Source: Verrucomicrobiia bacterium (GTDB lineage Bacteria; Omnitrophota; Omnitrophia; Omnitrophales; Aquincolibacteriaceae). Taken from it: a stretch of DNA of 62,928 nt. Made by a program: the position numbers and the translations under genes. Below are positions 9,038 through 18,601 of this stretch, one piece after another (position 1 is the stretch's first letter; each line of letters begins with the position of its first letter). The notes under the pieces were generated by a model that was not told the origin of the DNA, searched no databases, and saw only the letters and a program-made list of their open reading frames with translations. The stretch lies in assembly GCA_035495615.1 (NCBI GenBank), contig DATJFP010000089.1, positions 1 to 62,928 of the forward strand, read 5' to 3'.

Positions 9038-11904
9038 GCTTTCTTTTTTCTCCCGGCGTGAACGCCATTTTGGCCGCGATTTTTTTCGCGGGAGGCGTTC
9101 GCCATCTGCTGCGGGGCCGCCGGTTCACGGTCCGGATTTTTTACGGCGGGCTGTGCCTTTCACTCGCGGGCGTGCTTTTGAATCTTTTCGGCGCCGTGGA
9201 ACCGTTTTACGCGGTCCCGCCCAAAATCCTGTGCCTGGGGAGCGGCCTTTTCTGGACCGGACTTTTTTTTACGATCGTGTGCGCGGCCTCTGATCTGGTG
9301 GCGGACGACGAAGACGCGCCCGAAGCGCCGGCCCAGCCCGCGATTTTCCAGCTCGTGCTGGCCTGTCTGCTTCTGTTCGCGTCGCCGTTCGTGGCGTTCC
9401 GGTCCATGACGAGCCGCATGCCCGTGGTGCCGAAGGTCGCTGCGTCCGCCTCTGCGCCCGCGGCCGCGGGTCCGGTTCAGCCGGCGGACCGGAAGGTCTA
9501 TGAATTTCCGCAGTACAACCTGCGTTACACTTCACCCGCCGGGCCGTGGATGGAATATTCTTTCCAAAAAGTGAGTCCGATCACCGTTGCCGGATTTTTT
9601 CGCGCGGATCCGGCCGTCTACATTCAGATCATCGCGGAGTCCGGCGTCCCGCTCGTGCCCGGCTTCGACAGCACGATGGCCGACCAGGTTTACGGCCACA
9701 ATATCGCCGGCGCGACCCAGCACAAGCAGGTCGGCAAAGAAGCGTTTGAAGTGGGCGGGATCAAAGGCTCTCTGTTCAAGTCCGAGCTCACGTTTCCCGC
9801 GTCCGGGCCGATCCACCGCGTGCATTGGCTGGGCGGCCAGAACGGCTTCTATTATCAGATCATCGTCTGGTCTTCGAGCGAGTATCCCCTGGAAAAGCTG
9901 ATGGACGATTTTCGCGGCGCGGCCGCGGGTTTCCAAATCCTCGACAAAGACAAGACCTCGCTTCCCGCGTCGCTGGCCGAGGATTTTGTGTCGGAGAAAT
10001 ACCATTACAAGGTCCACGCCAAGGACAAGGGCTGGGACACCTGGTGGCTGCCGCAGGACGAAGGGCTCGCGCTGCCGGATTTTAAAATCACCAAGAACAC
10101 CAACAACCTGCTGCTCGTTTATCCGGTCGCATTCTGGGACAGGCCCGCGCCGCCGCTCGCGATCGTGGCGCCCGCGCTCCTTCAATTCAACAAGATCGCG
10201 CTCGAAGGCGTGCCCGCCGACGGGATCAAGCCGATCTCGCAGCCGGGCTTCGAAGGCTACGACATCCGGTACACGCAGCCGATCGACGGGAAGGATTATT
10301 TTTACCGCGTGAAGGTGCTGCGCGGCGATTCCATTGTTTACCTCATCATCAGTTTCAATGCGGCGGAACTGGGCAAAGGCGACCCGGCCATTCTCGAAGA
10401 AGGGCTGAACATGGTGGAAGTGGCGGGCGGGCCGCCGCCCAAGCGCGAGACGTTCACGCCGGCCGAACGCGACCGCCACGCGTATGCGTACCTGCGCATG
10501 GCGGAAGAATATTTCCACAAGGGAAAGAAAGCCGAGAGCCTCGAGCTTCTCAGGATGGCGCACGCCTTCAAGACCGACGATGCCGTGATCCTGGAAAGCC
10601 TGCTCACGGTCCTCCAAGACCAGGGGCTGTACGGCCAGGGCTTCGCGATCGCGGAAAAATACGCGCCCGCATTCCCGAAGCACCTGGGCCTGCGAAAGCT
10701 GCATGCGTCGCTGGCGGCTCTCGCGGGCGAGAACAAAAGGGCTGCCGAGCTTTACGAGGCGCTGATCGCCGAGGGAAACACGGAGCGGGAAATCCTGGAA
10801 GACTATGCGGACGTCATGGAAAAAATGGGCGGCAAGAAAAAAGCGTACGAGAAGCTGGCCGCGCTGGCCGGCGCCGGAGGGACGGGCGCGCTGGGCCCGC
10901 AGTCGGCGGTCGCTTCTTTCCTGAACGACGAAGGCCAGGTCGAGCAGGGCCTGGACATATACAAGAAGCTTTATGAAAAACATCCGCTCGACAGCGAGGT
11001 AAGGACCGATTATTTCTGGCATCTCATGCAGCAGGGCCGCTACCAGGACGTGATCAACGTGACCGAAGACTACCTGAAAAATCATCCGGCCATCGCGGAC
11101 GTGCATTTTTATCAGGGCTATGCGCTGGCCGCGCTGAAAAAATATCCGGAATCTCGCGCGGCTTTCGTGCGCGCCCGCGATTCGGTGCCGGACTCGGAGC
11201 CGATCGAGGAATATGTGGACGGCATGGGCGCGATCGAACGCCAGGCCAAGGGCCTGGAACCCGGCGGCAGCAGCCTGGAAGTTGCGCGCACGCTCGAGAT
11301 GAAAGGGGAGGACCTTCACGTGACTGAGAAGCTCCTTTTCCGGAAAGGCTGGGCCGGCGATCTTCAGAACCATTATGCCGGGCTGGACGACGAAAAGACC
11401 AAGCTCGAGATCAAGGTCATGCTGCATGCCCTCTACGGTAAAGTCGAGCTGCAGGACGTCAACATCAAGGACATGGAAATCGAGGACGATCCGTTCGAGA
11501 TCGAATACTCCTACGACGTCAAAAAAGCGTTCCAGAAAATCGGCAGCCGGCTCTACGCGGCGCTGCCACAGATATGGGAAAACAAATACCTCTGGCCGCA
11601 GATGAACGCTGAGTACCAGATTCCTCTCGCCCTGGTGTTTCCCGCGCAGGTGAAATCCAGCGTCACGTTCCATTTTCCTTCCGAATATCAGATGGAATCC
11701 ACGATGGCGCCGGGCACGGCCAAGGGCCAGGACCCCTGCCTTCGTTCGCAGACCGCGGTGACGCAGAAGTCCGGGGAACTCAAAATGGACAGCACCTACG
11801 AATTCGTGGGCGGCGCCTACACCATCCCCGAATACGAAGCCTGCCAGGAAGCCGTGAGCCAGCGCCTGCAGGAAACCACGCCGAAGATCCTCCTGAGCCG
11901 CTGA
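9034..11904 (+). CDS. large membrane-anchored TPR-repeat protein
   Basis: ATG 9034 overlaps the previous stop (ATGA). It has four N-terminal TM helices, a central region of unknown fold, a TPR-like helical repeat region (about residues 470-720) and a C-terminal domain. The upstream part of track ORF 8332-11904 is a frame artefact. Confidence 0.65.
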   Translation: MSFLFSPGVNAILAAIFFAGGVRHLLRGRRFTVRIFYGGLCLSLAGVLLNLFGAVEPFYAVPPKILCLGSGLFWTGLFFTIVCAASDLVADDEDAPEAPAQPAIFQLVLACLLLFASPFVAFRSMTSRMPVVPKVAASASAPAAAGPVQPADRKVYEFPQYNLRYTSPAGPWMEYSFQKVSPITVAGFFRADPAVYIQIIAESGVPLVPGFDSTMADQVYGHNIAGATQHKQVGKEAFEVGGIKGSLFKSELTFPASGPIHRVHWLGGQNGFYYQIIVWSSSEYPLEKLMDDFRGAAAGFQILDKDKTSLPASLAEDFVSEKYHYKVHAKDKGWDTWWLPQDEGLALPDFKITKNTNNLLLVYPVAFWDRPAPPLAIVAPALLQFNKIALEGVPADGIKPISQPGFEGYDIRYTQPIDGKDYFYRVKVLRGDSIVYLIISFNAAELGKGDPAILEEGLNMVEVAGGPPPKRETFTPAERDRHAYAYLRMAEEYFHKGKKAESLELLRMAHAFKTDDAVILESLLTVLQDQGLYGQGFAIAEKYAPAFPKHLGLRKLHASLAALAGENKRAAELYEALIAEGNTEREILEDYADVMEKMGGKKKAYEKLAALAGAGGTGALGPQSAVASFLNDEGQVEQGLDIYKKLYEKHPLDSEVRTDYFWHLMQQGRYQDVINVTEDYLKNHPAIADVHFYQGYALAALKKYPESRAAFVRARDSVPDSEPIEEYVDGMGAIERQAKGLEPGGSSLEVARTLEMKGEDLHVTEKLLFRKGWAGDLQNHYAGLDDEKTKLEIKVMLHALYGKVELQDVNIKDMEIEDDPFEIEYSYDVKKAFQKIGSRLYAALPQIWENKYLWPQMNAEYQIPLALVFPAQVKSSVTFHFPSEYQMESTMAPGTAKGQDPCLRSQTAVTQKSGELKMDSTYEFVGGAYTIPEYEACQEAVSQRLQETTPKILLSR

Positions 11905-11915
11905 TCCGGGACGTC

Positions 11916-11944
11916 TTGCCCCGCCCGGGTTCCTCTGCTAGAAT
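11916..11944 (+). promoter_or_regulatory. sigma70-type promoter of gspG
   Basis: TTGCCC - 17 nt - TAGAAT. The -10 ends 11 nt before the ATG, so the mRNA is nearly leaderless and has no SD. Confidence 0.5.
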
Positions 11945-11955
11945 CCGGCCACTTT

Positions 11956-12363
11956 ATGAATCAAAAGGGATTTACGCTGATCGAACTGCTGGTGGTGGTC
12001 GTGATCCTCGGGATCCTGACCAGTCTCGCGCTCCCGCGCCTGGCCGGAAGGACCACCGAGGCCCGCATTAAAGCCGCGGACGCGGATGTGAACGGGAACG
12101 TCGCCCTTGCCCTCGACATGTACGAAGTGGACATGGGGAAATACCCGTCGGCCCTGCCGGATCTGGTCCAGAAGCCCTCCGGCGCGGACAATTGGAAAGG
12201 GCCTTACCTCAAGCGGGGATTGCCCAAAGATCCGTGGGGCAATGCGTACGTTTATACTTTTCCGGGCTCGGCCAATCCGGACGGCTACGATCTTTATTCC
12301 CTCGGCCCGGACAAAGCCGACGGCACCGGCGACGAAATTACCAACGCCCCGCGCGAAGCTTAA
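11956..12363 (+). CDS. gspG: type II secretion major pseudopilin GspG
   Basis: Prepilin leader MNQKG/FTLIELLVVVVILGIL and GspG signatures DMYEVDMGKYP...WKGPYL...DPWGNAYVY...GYDLYSLGPDKADG. Confidence 0.9.
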   Translation: MNQKGFTLIELLVVVVILGILTSLALPRLAGRTTEARIKAADADVNGNVALALDMYEVDMGKYPSALPDLVQKPSGADNWKGPYLKRGLPKDPWGNAYVYTFPGSANPDGYDLYSLGPDKADGTGDEITNAPREA

Positions 12364-12446
12364 CCTACATTCCTTTCATTCTCCGCTACTCCCGCCCGCA
12401 TTTGGACATGCGAAATAAAAACCCTGAAGATTTGTCATGAAAAGTC

Positions 12447-12475
12447 TTGTCACGCTGTGCGGGTTTTGGTACTAT
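12447..12475 (+). promoter_or_regulatory. sigma70-type promoter upstream of gspC-D
   Basis: TTGTCA - 17 nt - TACTAT. Confidence 0.45.
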
Positions 12476-12497
12476 GCCGAACGCCTAATTTTTTCGT

Positions 12498-13004
12498 TTG
12501 AAAGGAATCTCTCCTTTGGAAAGTCCTTCAAAGTCCCCGGTCCTGACCGAACCCCTCCCGTACGCAAGCTCTGCGCTGCTGTTCTTATCCGCGGCCGTGC
12601 TTTTACTTGCGGCGATTCAGCTAGGAGGTATTCCGTTCCGGCTGACCGCTCCGGAAAAGGGCGCGGCCGTCTTCGCGGCTCCGGTCGCGTCGCCGGAAAT
12701 CCCCCCGTTCGAGAACCTCTCGCGGGATTTTGAGACGCATTCCTTGTTTTATGTTCCCAAAGAAGTCGTGGCGGTCCAGGGGCCGGGCCTGAGTGAAATG
12801 ATAAAATCATTCCAACTCATTGGCATTGTTCAGGGTGAGAAACCCGAGGCCCTGATTAAAAACGTCACCACGCAGCAGACCTATTTCGCCCGGCAGGGAG
12901 AAAAGTTCGACCGGTTCACCGTGGCCGAGATCACGCAAGGCAGCATCAAGGTCGAATTCCAGGGCGAAAGCGCGGAACTGCTTTTAGAAGGGGGTAACTC
13001 GTGA
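12498..13004 (+). CDS. gspC: GspC/PilP-like inner-membrane secretin-interacting protein
   Basis: One TM helix followed by a C-terminal beta domain (FQLIGIVQGEKPEALIKN...YFARQGEKFDRFTVAEITQGSIKVEF) typical of the GspC HR / PilP fold. Its 3' end overlaps the secretin start (GTGA). The TTG start is uncertain. Confidence 0.6.
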   Translation: MKGISPLESPSKSPVLTEPLPYASSALLFLSAAVLLLAAIQLGGIPFRLTAPEKGAAVFAAPVASPEIPPFENLSRDFETHSLFYVPKEVVAVQGPGLSEMIKSFQLIGIVQGEKPEALIKNVTTQQTYFARQGEKFDRFTVAEITQGSIKVEFQGESAELLLEGGNS

Positions 13005-15136
13005 CCCGGTCCATCCGTTTTTGCGCCGCGCTCGTGTCCGTTCTCTTTCTCATTTCCTCGATTTCTCCCGCCGCGCGCGCCGATGACGATTCCAACGGCC
13101 CCGGAAACGTGCGGCAAAGCGAGACCCGCAATTCCATCAATTCGGCCATCATGGCCGCCGTGGGCCCGGACCGCCAGATGGATGAGCCGCGCATCACGCT
13201 CGAGCTGAAGGGCGTGGACATCCTGGACGTCCTCAAGATCATCAGCCAGCGTTCGGAGCTGAACATCGTGGCCGGCAAGAACGTGCGCGGCCTCGTCACG
13301 CTTTACCTGAAGAACGTGAAAGTGCGCGATGCGCTCGACACGATCGTCAATTCGCTGGAGCTTGCCTACGTCGAAGACAGCGGCATCATCAACGTGATGA
13401 CGTCCAAGGAATTCGAGGACGCCTACGGAAAATCGTTCGGCAAGGAATACACGACCAAGGCGATCCCGGTGCAGCACGCGTCTCCGGCCGCCGTGGGCCT
13501 GGTCGTCGAGAAATTGAAAAGCCCCAAGGGCAAGATGGTTTTTGACGAGAGGACGCACACCTTGATCCTGTCGGACCGTCAGGAAAATATCGCGGCCATG
13601 GAAAATGCCATGGCGCAGCTCGACAAGCCGCTCGCCACCGAAGTCTTCCAATTGAAGTTCGCGCGCGGCGACGAGCTCGAAGCTCAGCTTCGCGACTACC
13701 TGACGCCGCAGACCGGCATCCTCAAGGTCGACAAACGCACGAGCCAGATTACGGTTACGGACCGCGAAGAAAAGCTCGAGCAGGTCCGTGAAGTCATCAA
13801 GGCGCTCGACGTGCAGCCGCGCCAGGTGCTGATCCAGGCCCAGGTGATCGAAGTGGCGCTTTTCGACGCGTTCCGTTACGGCATCGACTGGGAATTCGTC
13901 CGGCAGAACGTCGCCAAGTTCAGCAACGTGGAACTGAAGCCGGCCTTTGACGTGGCCGTCCCCACCGCGGCGCTCGGCGCGGGCACGCTCAGCACGTTCA
14001 CCTTCGGCGGCCTCCAGGGGCTTTCGGTGGTGCTTTCGTTCCTCCAGAACGTGGGCAAGACCAACACCCTTTCTTCGCCGCGTATCACGGTCATTAATAA
14101 TGAAGAGGCAAAGCTCGTCGATGCCACGCGCCAGCCGTACGTTTCCCAGACCGTGGTGCAGGGGCAGACCACCTCGCAGACCGCGGACAACATCCAGTTC
14201 GTAGACGTGGGCGTGACGCTGACGGTCGTGCCTACCATCGCCGACCGCGAAAAAGTCGTGCTGAAACTCAAGCCCGAAGTGAGTTCGCAGACCGGGTCGC
14301 TCAGCGTGCAAAGCGTTTCCGAAGGCAGCGACACGCCGTTCACGCGTTCTCAGATCCCGATCGTGTCTTCACAGACGCTGGAAACCACCGTCGTCGTGAA
14401 AAGCGGCGAGACGCTCATCGTCGGCGGCCTGATCAAGGACAACGAAGCCAAGATCCGCCGCAAGCTCCCGGTCCTGTCCGACATCCCGTTCCTCGGCGCG
14501 GCCTTCCGCAGCGAGCAGGTGAGCTACCAGAAAACCGAGCTCGTCATTTTCCTCACCCCGTACATCGTCGACGGCGACGCGACCTCGAAAGAGCACTCGA
14601 AGTATTTCAACGAAGACGACCAGCTCATCAATTTCGACCTCGTGGGCGGCTACGATTTCGGCAAGGCGCTCAAGCACTCGCAGGGCGCTTTCCGCATCGA
14701 TCACGACCCGTACTGGAAAATGCGCTCGAACAAGATGCCGCAGTATTTCGCGCCGAAGGACTTGTACGAACGCGCGCTGCCTTATGAGAACAGCTTGAAC
14801 GAATTCAATTCCTATCAGGAAGGAAAGCCGCTGGTCGACCCCGACGCGGCGGGAAAGCGCTATGAGATCGAAGTCGCGCGCGAAACACAGGCGCGTCTGG
14901 CCGCCGCCGGCGTCGAAGGCCGCGTGGAAGTGGCCGTGAAAGTCGGCAAGGACGGAACCATTCGAGACATCTCCTGGGTCGACCCCGGCCCGGTGCGTGA
15001 AGCCGACCAGCGTCGGGTCCTGCGCGCCGTCCAGGACGGGGGACCTTTCGCAGCCTTTCCCGAAGGGCTCGCGTCCGAAGAAGAACTCCTGAGTTTGCGG
15101 CTTGCCGTGGATCGCGGCGACGCCCGCAAAAAATAG
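13001..15136 (+). CDS. gspD: secretin (GspD family) with ~186-aa C-terminal extension
   Basis: Signal peptide, an N0 domain (ITLELKGVDILDVLKIIS...), N1-type repeats and a secretin core (TNTLSSPRITVINNEEA...LPVLSDIPFLGAAFR...ELVIFLTPYIV). An extra tail ends in a TonB_C-like pattern. Confidence 0.9.
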   Translation: MTRSIRFCAALVSVLFLISSISPAARADDDSNGPGNVRQSETRNSINSAIMAAVGPDRQMDEPRITLELKGVDILDVLKIISQRSELNIVAGKNVRGLVTLYLKNVKVRDALDTIVNSLELAYVEDSGIINVMTSKEFEDAYGKSFGKEYTTKAIPVQHASPAAVGLVVEKLKSPKGKMVFDERTHTLILSDRQENIAAMENAMAQLDKPLATEVFQLKFARGDELEAQLRDYLTPQTGILKVDKRTSQITVTDREEKLEQVREVIKALDVQPRQVLIQAQVIEVALFDAFRYGIDWEFVRQNVAKFSNVELKPAFDVAVPTAALGAGTLSTFTFGGLQGLSVVLSFLQNVGKTNTLSSPRITVINNEEAKLVDATRQPYVSQTVVQGQTTSQTADNIQFVDVGVTLTVVPTIADREKVVLKLKPEVSSQTGSLSVQSVSEGSDTPFTRSQIPIVSSQTLETTVVVKSGETLIVGGLIKDNEAKIRRKLPVLSDIPFLGAAFRSEQVSYQKTELVIFLTPYIVDGDATSKEHSKYFNEDDQLINFDLVGGYDFGKALKHSQGAFRIDHDPYWKMRSNKMPQYFAPKDLYERALPYENSLNEFNSYQEGKPLVDPDAAGKRYEIEVARETQARLAAAGVEGRVEVAVKVGKDGTIRDISWVDPGPVREADQRRVLRAVQDGGPFAAFPEGLASEEELLSLRLAVDRGDARKK

Positions 15137-15203
15137 CCCAGAAATCATTGCAGAAAATCCGGGCCCGCTTTGCGCGCGGCCTTGAAAACGAAAGCAATTT
15201 TTA

Positions 15204-16355
15204 ATGGCGACATTCATCACCAATAAAAACGAGATCCGCGAAGAAGCGTCCAAGGCTTCCGTCACGCGTGTGGCCATGCCGTGGAAGGCGCCCGCACCGG
15301 CGCGCCGGGAAAAAACCTCGTCCCGCGTTCCGGACCAGGAGCTGGCCGACTTTTTCGAGCATCTGGCCACGCTGCTCGGCTCGGGCGTGACGCTTGTTTC
15401 CGCGCTGGATTTCATCGCAGGCTCCACGCGCCGGCCCGGCCTGAAGGCCGCGCTCACGCGAGTCAATGAAGCCCTGCGCGCGGGCGACGTTTTCTCGGAG
15501 GCCCTGACGCGCGAGACCGCGGTATTCGACCGCGCCGCAGCGGGCATGATCAAGGCGGGCGAGGCGGGCGGGACCCTCGAATCCGTGTGCTCGGAACTGG
15601 CCGCTTCTTACTCCCGGCGCGCCGAGGCCCGCAGCCAGTTTTTTCAGGCGCTGACCTATCCTGCCGTTGTCGCGTGCTTCGGCGTGCTCACCGTGCTTGT
15701 GCTGCTCCTTTTCGTGATCCCGAAGGTCGGCACGGTTTTCGAAGCCTGGGACACGCCGCTTCCTTTGATGACGCGGCTCCTTCTCGCCGCCAGCCGGTTC
15801 ATGCGCCACGGCGGATTTCTCGCGGTGCTGATTCCGTTCGCGGCGCTGCCGCTTCTGGCGCGGTTCAAGAAGCTCAGCCTCATGCCTTTTCTGATTTCGA
15901 TCGCGCAAAAAACGCCTTTCCTGAAAGACCTTTTCTCCCTCGGCGATTTCGTGCGCCTTATGCGCACCTGGGGCATGCTGCTCCGAAGCGGCGTGCCCAT
16001 CCTGGAAGCGATCCGTTCGTCCCGCGACGTGGTCGCGAGCGATTCCCTGCGCGCGTCGCTTGCCGCGGTCTCGGAAAAAATCCTGCGCGGCGAACGGCTG
16101 CAGGAGGCCCTGCAGCACGAAGACTGGCTGCCGGACCTGGCCAAGCATTTCCTGCGCGTGGGCGAGGAGACCGGAACGCTGGACGGCGCTTTCGACAAGA
16201 TCGCGCGTTTCTATGAACGCCAGCTCGCGGCCAAACTCAAAATCGTTTCCACGCTGGTGGAGCCGGCGCTCATCCTGCTCGTGGGCGTGAGTGTGGGTGT
16301 CCTCGTCATCAGCATGCTGCTTCCGATTTTTGAGATGAGCCTGGCGGTGAAATAA
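15204..16355 (+). CDS. gspF: type II secretion platform protein GspF
   Basis: Duplicated T2SSF domains (ELADFFEHLATLLGSGVTLVSAL; FVRLMRTWGMLLRSGVPILEAI), 3 TM helices and the C-terminal motif LLPIFEM. Confidence 0.9.
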   Translation: MATFITNKNEIREEASKASVTRVAMPWKAPAPARREKTSSRVPDQELADFFEHLATLLGSGVTLVSALDFIAGSTRRPGLKAALTRVNEALRAGDVFSEALTRETAVFDRAAAGMIKAGEAGGTLESVCSELAASYSRRAEARSQFFQALTYPAVVACFGVLTVLVLLLFVIPKVGTVFEAWDTPLPLMTRLLLAASRFMRHGGFLAVLIPFAALPLLARFKKLSLMPFLISIAQKTPFLKDLFSLGDFVRLMRTWGMLLRSGVPILEAIRSSRDVVASDSLRASLAAVSEKILRGERLQEALQHEDWLPDLAKHFLRVGEETGTLDGAFDKIARFYERQLAAKLKIVSTLVEPALILLVGVSVGVLVISMLLPIFEMSLAVK

Positions 16356-17141
16356 ATGAAGGCGCTTCCTTTTTTTCTCGCGGCCCTGTTTGCCTGTCCC
16401 GCGGCCTGGGCGCAGGCCCCCTGGCAGGAGATCAAGAGCGACCACTTCATTGTGTATTCGGCGACGGGCGAGCGCACGTTCATGGACCAGGTCGCGGCAA
16501 AGTCCGAGCTTTATTACGACGCCATCGCCAACTGGCTGGGTTACGCGCGCCGCGACGGTTTCTGGACCTGGGACGGCCGCTGCAAGATTTACGTGTACGG
16601 CTCGCGCGAGCATTACCTCGGCGAAACGGGGCAGGCCGCCTGGTCGAACGGCGCCGCGGTGCTGGAACGCCGCATGATTTTGTCGTTCCAGGAAGCTCCG
16701 GGCTTCCTGGATTCGGTGCTGCCGCATGAGCTGGCGCATCTCATCTTCCGAGATTTCGTGGGGGGGAAGGGGCGCATCCCGCTGTGGCTGGACGAAGGCG
16801 TGGCCATGGCGCAGGAAAAAGACAAACGGAAAGAATTCGACGTCTGGATCGCGAAGATGATCGCGGAAAAGAAATGGATTCCGATGGAGACGTTCATGAA
16901 GGTCGGCAATCTGCAGGAGACCCCGGGCGATGAGGCCGTGATGTTTTACGCGCAGGCGCAAAGCGTGGTACGGTTTCTCCTGGAAGGTTACGGCTCGGAG
17001 CGGTTCGCGGGGTTTTGCCGAAGCCTCCGGGACGGGGACACGCCGCAGGACGCGCTCGCGAAAAATTACCCGCAGGATTTTCCCACGCTCCAGGCGTTCG
17101 AGGGCAAGTGGGCGGCTTCGGCCGTGCCGGCAGCCGCATGA
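16356..17141 (+). CDS. secreted MA-clan zinc metallopeptidase-like protein
   Basis: Signal peptide MKALPFFLAALFACPAAWA, an HELAH zinc motif followed by WLDEGVA (third-ligand Glu). It starts directly after the gspF stop and overlaps gspH by 4 nt. Confidence 0.65.
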   Translation: MKALPFFLAALFACPAAWAQAPWQEIKSDHFIVYSATGERTFMDQVAAKSELYYDAIANWLGYARRDGFWTWDGRCKIYVYGSREHYLGETGQAAWSNGAAVLERRMILSFQEAPGFLDSVLPHELAHLIFRDFVGGKGRIPLWLDEGVAMAQEKDKRKEFDVWIAKMIAEKKWIPMETFMKVGNLQETPGDEAVMFYAQAQSVVRFLLEGYGSERFAGFCRSLRDGDTPQDALAKNYPQDFPTLQAFEGKWAASAVPAAA

Positions 17142-17602
17142 AAAATTCGAGCCGGGGCTTCACGCTTGTCGAGATCCTGATCGTGTTCGCGCTCGTGGCG
17201 ACATTCGCGGCGCTCGCGGTCGCGGGCTTTTCCCGTTTTTACAATGAGCGCCTTCCGCGCCTGTATGTCAAAGACCTGGCCGGCTACGTGCGCTACCTGC
17301 AGTTCAAGGCGATCGAAGACGGCAAGATTTACCGCATGACCGTGGACAATGACACCGGCGTGAGCACGGCCTCCAAGCCGAATGCGAAAAAAGATTTCGA
17401 GCCGCTGCGCGACGCGCTGTCCCGGCGGTTCCAGAAAAAAGGGGAATTCGCGGTCGTGCTCGGCGAGGGACATGAAGTTTATTTTTTTCCGGACGGCACC
17501 GTGACGCGTAACGCCGTCACCGTGTCACGGAACGGCGGCGAAATCGCGACGCTCCAGATCAAGAACCGCCTTGGCGCTTTGGAGATTCATTATGCTTCGT
17601 GA
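17138..17602 (+). CDS. gspH: minor pseudopilin, GspH-like
   Basis: Prepilin motif SRG/FTLVEILIV. ATGA overlap with the previous gene. Confidence 0.7.
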   Translation: MKNSSRGFTLVEILIVFALVATFAALAVAGFSRFYNERLPRLYVKDLAGYVRYLQFKAIEDGKIYRMTVDNDTGVSTASKPNAKKDFEPLRDALSRRFQKKGEFAVVLGEGHEVYFFPDGTVTRNAVTVSRNGGEIATLQIKNRLGALEIHYAS

Positions 17603-18011
17603 CGCGCGCGGCAGCATTTTGTTCGAGACCTTCGTGGCGCTCATGGTGCTTTCGGTGGGCGTGACCGGCTCGCTCCGGCTTTTCGGCCAGGCGCTCCAGG
17701 CCAGCGACCGCAACCGGCAGCAGGCCGAATCCAAACAGTTCCTGGACGAGCTGCTGTTCTCGGTGTTCGCGGGTATCGACGAGGGCGTGGTTCCCGAGCA
17801 CGGCGAAGAGAAGGCGACGGACCTCGGCGAAGACGGCCTGAAGGCCCGCGTCCGGCTGGTTCCGCTCGGTGTCGAGAAAACGAAAGCGCAGGAAGTGCCC
17901 AAAGGCGGCCACGGCGAATACGGACGCCTGGTCATGAACGTCGAAAACGGGTCGGGCCAGAAAGTTTTCCAGGCCGAGACGGTCATCCGCCAGCAGAGCG
18001 CGGCGAAATGA
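17592..18011 (+). CDS. gspI: minor pseudopilin, GspI-like
   Basis: ARG/SILFETFVALMVL with Glu at +5. SD ggag. Position matches the H-I-J-K order. Confidence 0.6.
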   Translation: MLRDARGSILFETFVALMVLSVGVTGSLRLFGQALQASDRNRQQAESKQFLDELLFSVFAGIDEGVVPEHGEEKATDLGEDGLKARVRLVPLGVEKTKAQEVPKGGHGEYGRLVMNVENGSGQKVFQAETVIRQQSAAK

Positions 18012-18601
18012 AAAATCAAAAAGGGTTCACACTCATCGAAGTCCTGATCGCCATGGTCATCGTGGCGGTGATCCTGGCAGGCCTTGTCGCGAGTTTTCAG
18101 ACCGGCCTGGCCGCGTTCAAGCGCTCGGAAGATTACCTGGCGGCGGGGCGCGAACGGGAAGTCTTTTACCTTCAGCTCGAGCAGGAACTGCGCAACGCCG
18201 TGCCGGTTTCGCTTTATCCGTTCCTGGGGCGGCCGGACCGGATTTCCTTTCCGGCGCGGCTGCGGCGCTACACGCCGAAAGGCCCGGAAGAAGGCCTTTA
18301 CCTGATCGAATACCAGTTCCGGAATGGGCAGCTCATGCGGCGGGAAACGCCGCTGAAAAAAGAAGGCCTGAGAGAAACGGAAGCCGCGGCCGAGACGCTG
18401 TTCGAAGGGCTGCGTGAAGGGCGCTTTTCTTTTTTGACGCTCGCCGAAAGCGGGCCGGCGCGGTGGAACGGCGCCTGGGGCGGGGATATTTATCCCGGGC
18501 TTCCGCGCGGCGTGCAGGTGGAACTTTCCGGCGGTTCGTTCGGCGGACGGGGCGGGCACAAGACCCTCCTGCCGCAGGGAGTGTTGGGAATCCAGACATG
18601 A
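18008..18601 (+). CDS. gspJ: minor pseudopilin, GspJ-like
   Basis: QKG/FTLIEVLIAMVIV. ATGA overlaps at both ends. Confidence 0.7.
   Translation: MKNQKGFTLIEVLIAMVIVAVILAGLVASFQTGLAAFKRSEDYLAAGREREVFYLQLEQELRNAVPVSLYPFLGRPDRISFPARLRRYTPKGPEEGLYLIEYQFRNGQLMRRETPLKKEGLRETEAAAETLFEGLREGRFSFLTLAESGPARWNGAWGGDIYPGLPRGVQVELSGGSFGGRGGHKTLLPQGVLGIQT

Noticed and set aside
12437-12733. 98-aa ORF overlapping the gspC start region
   Set aside because: It begins inside the predicted promoter (-35 at 12447-12452), has basic low-complexity sequence, and the alternative frame gives a TM-anchored GspC/PilP-like protein that overlaps the secretin start.
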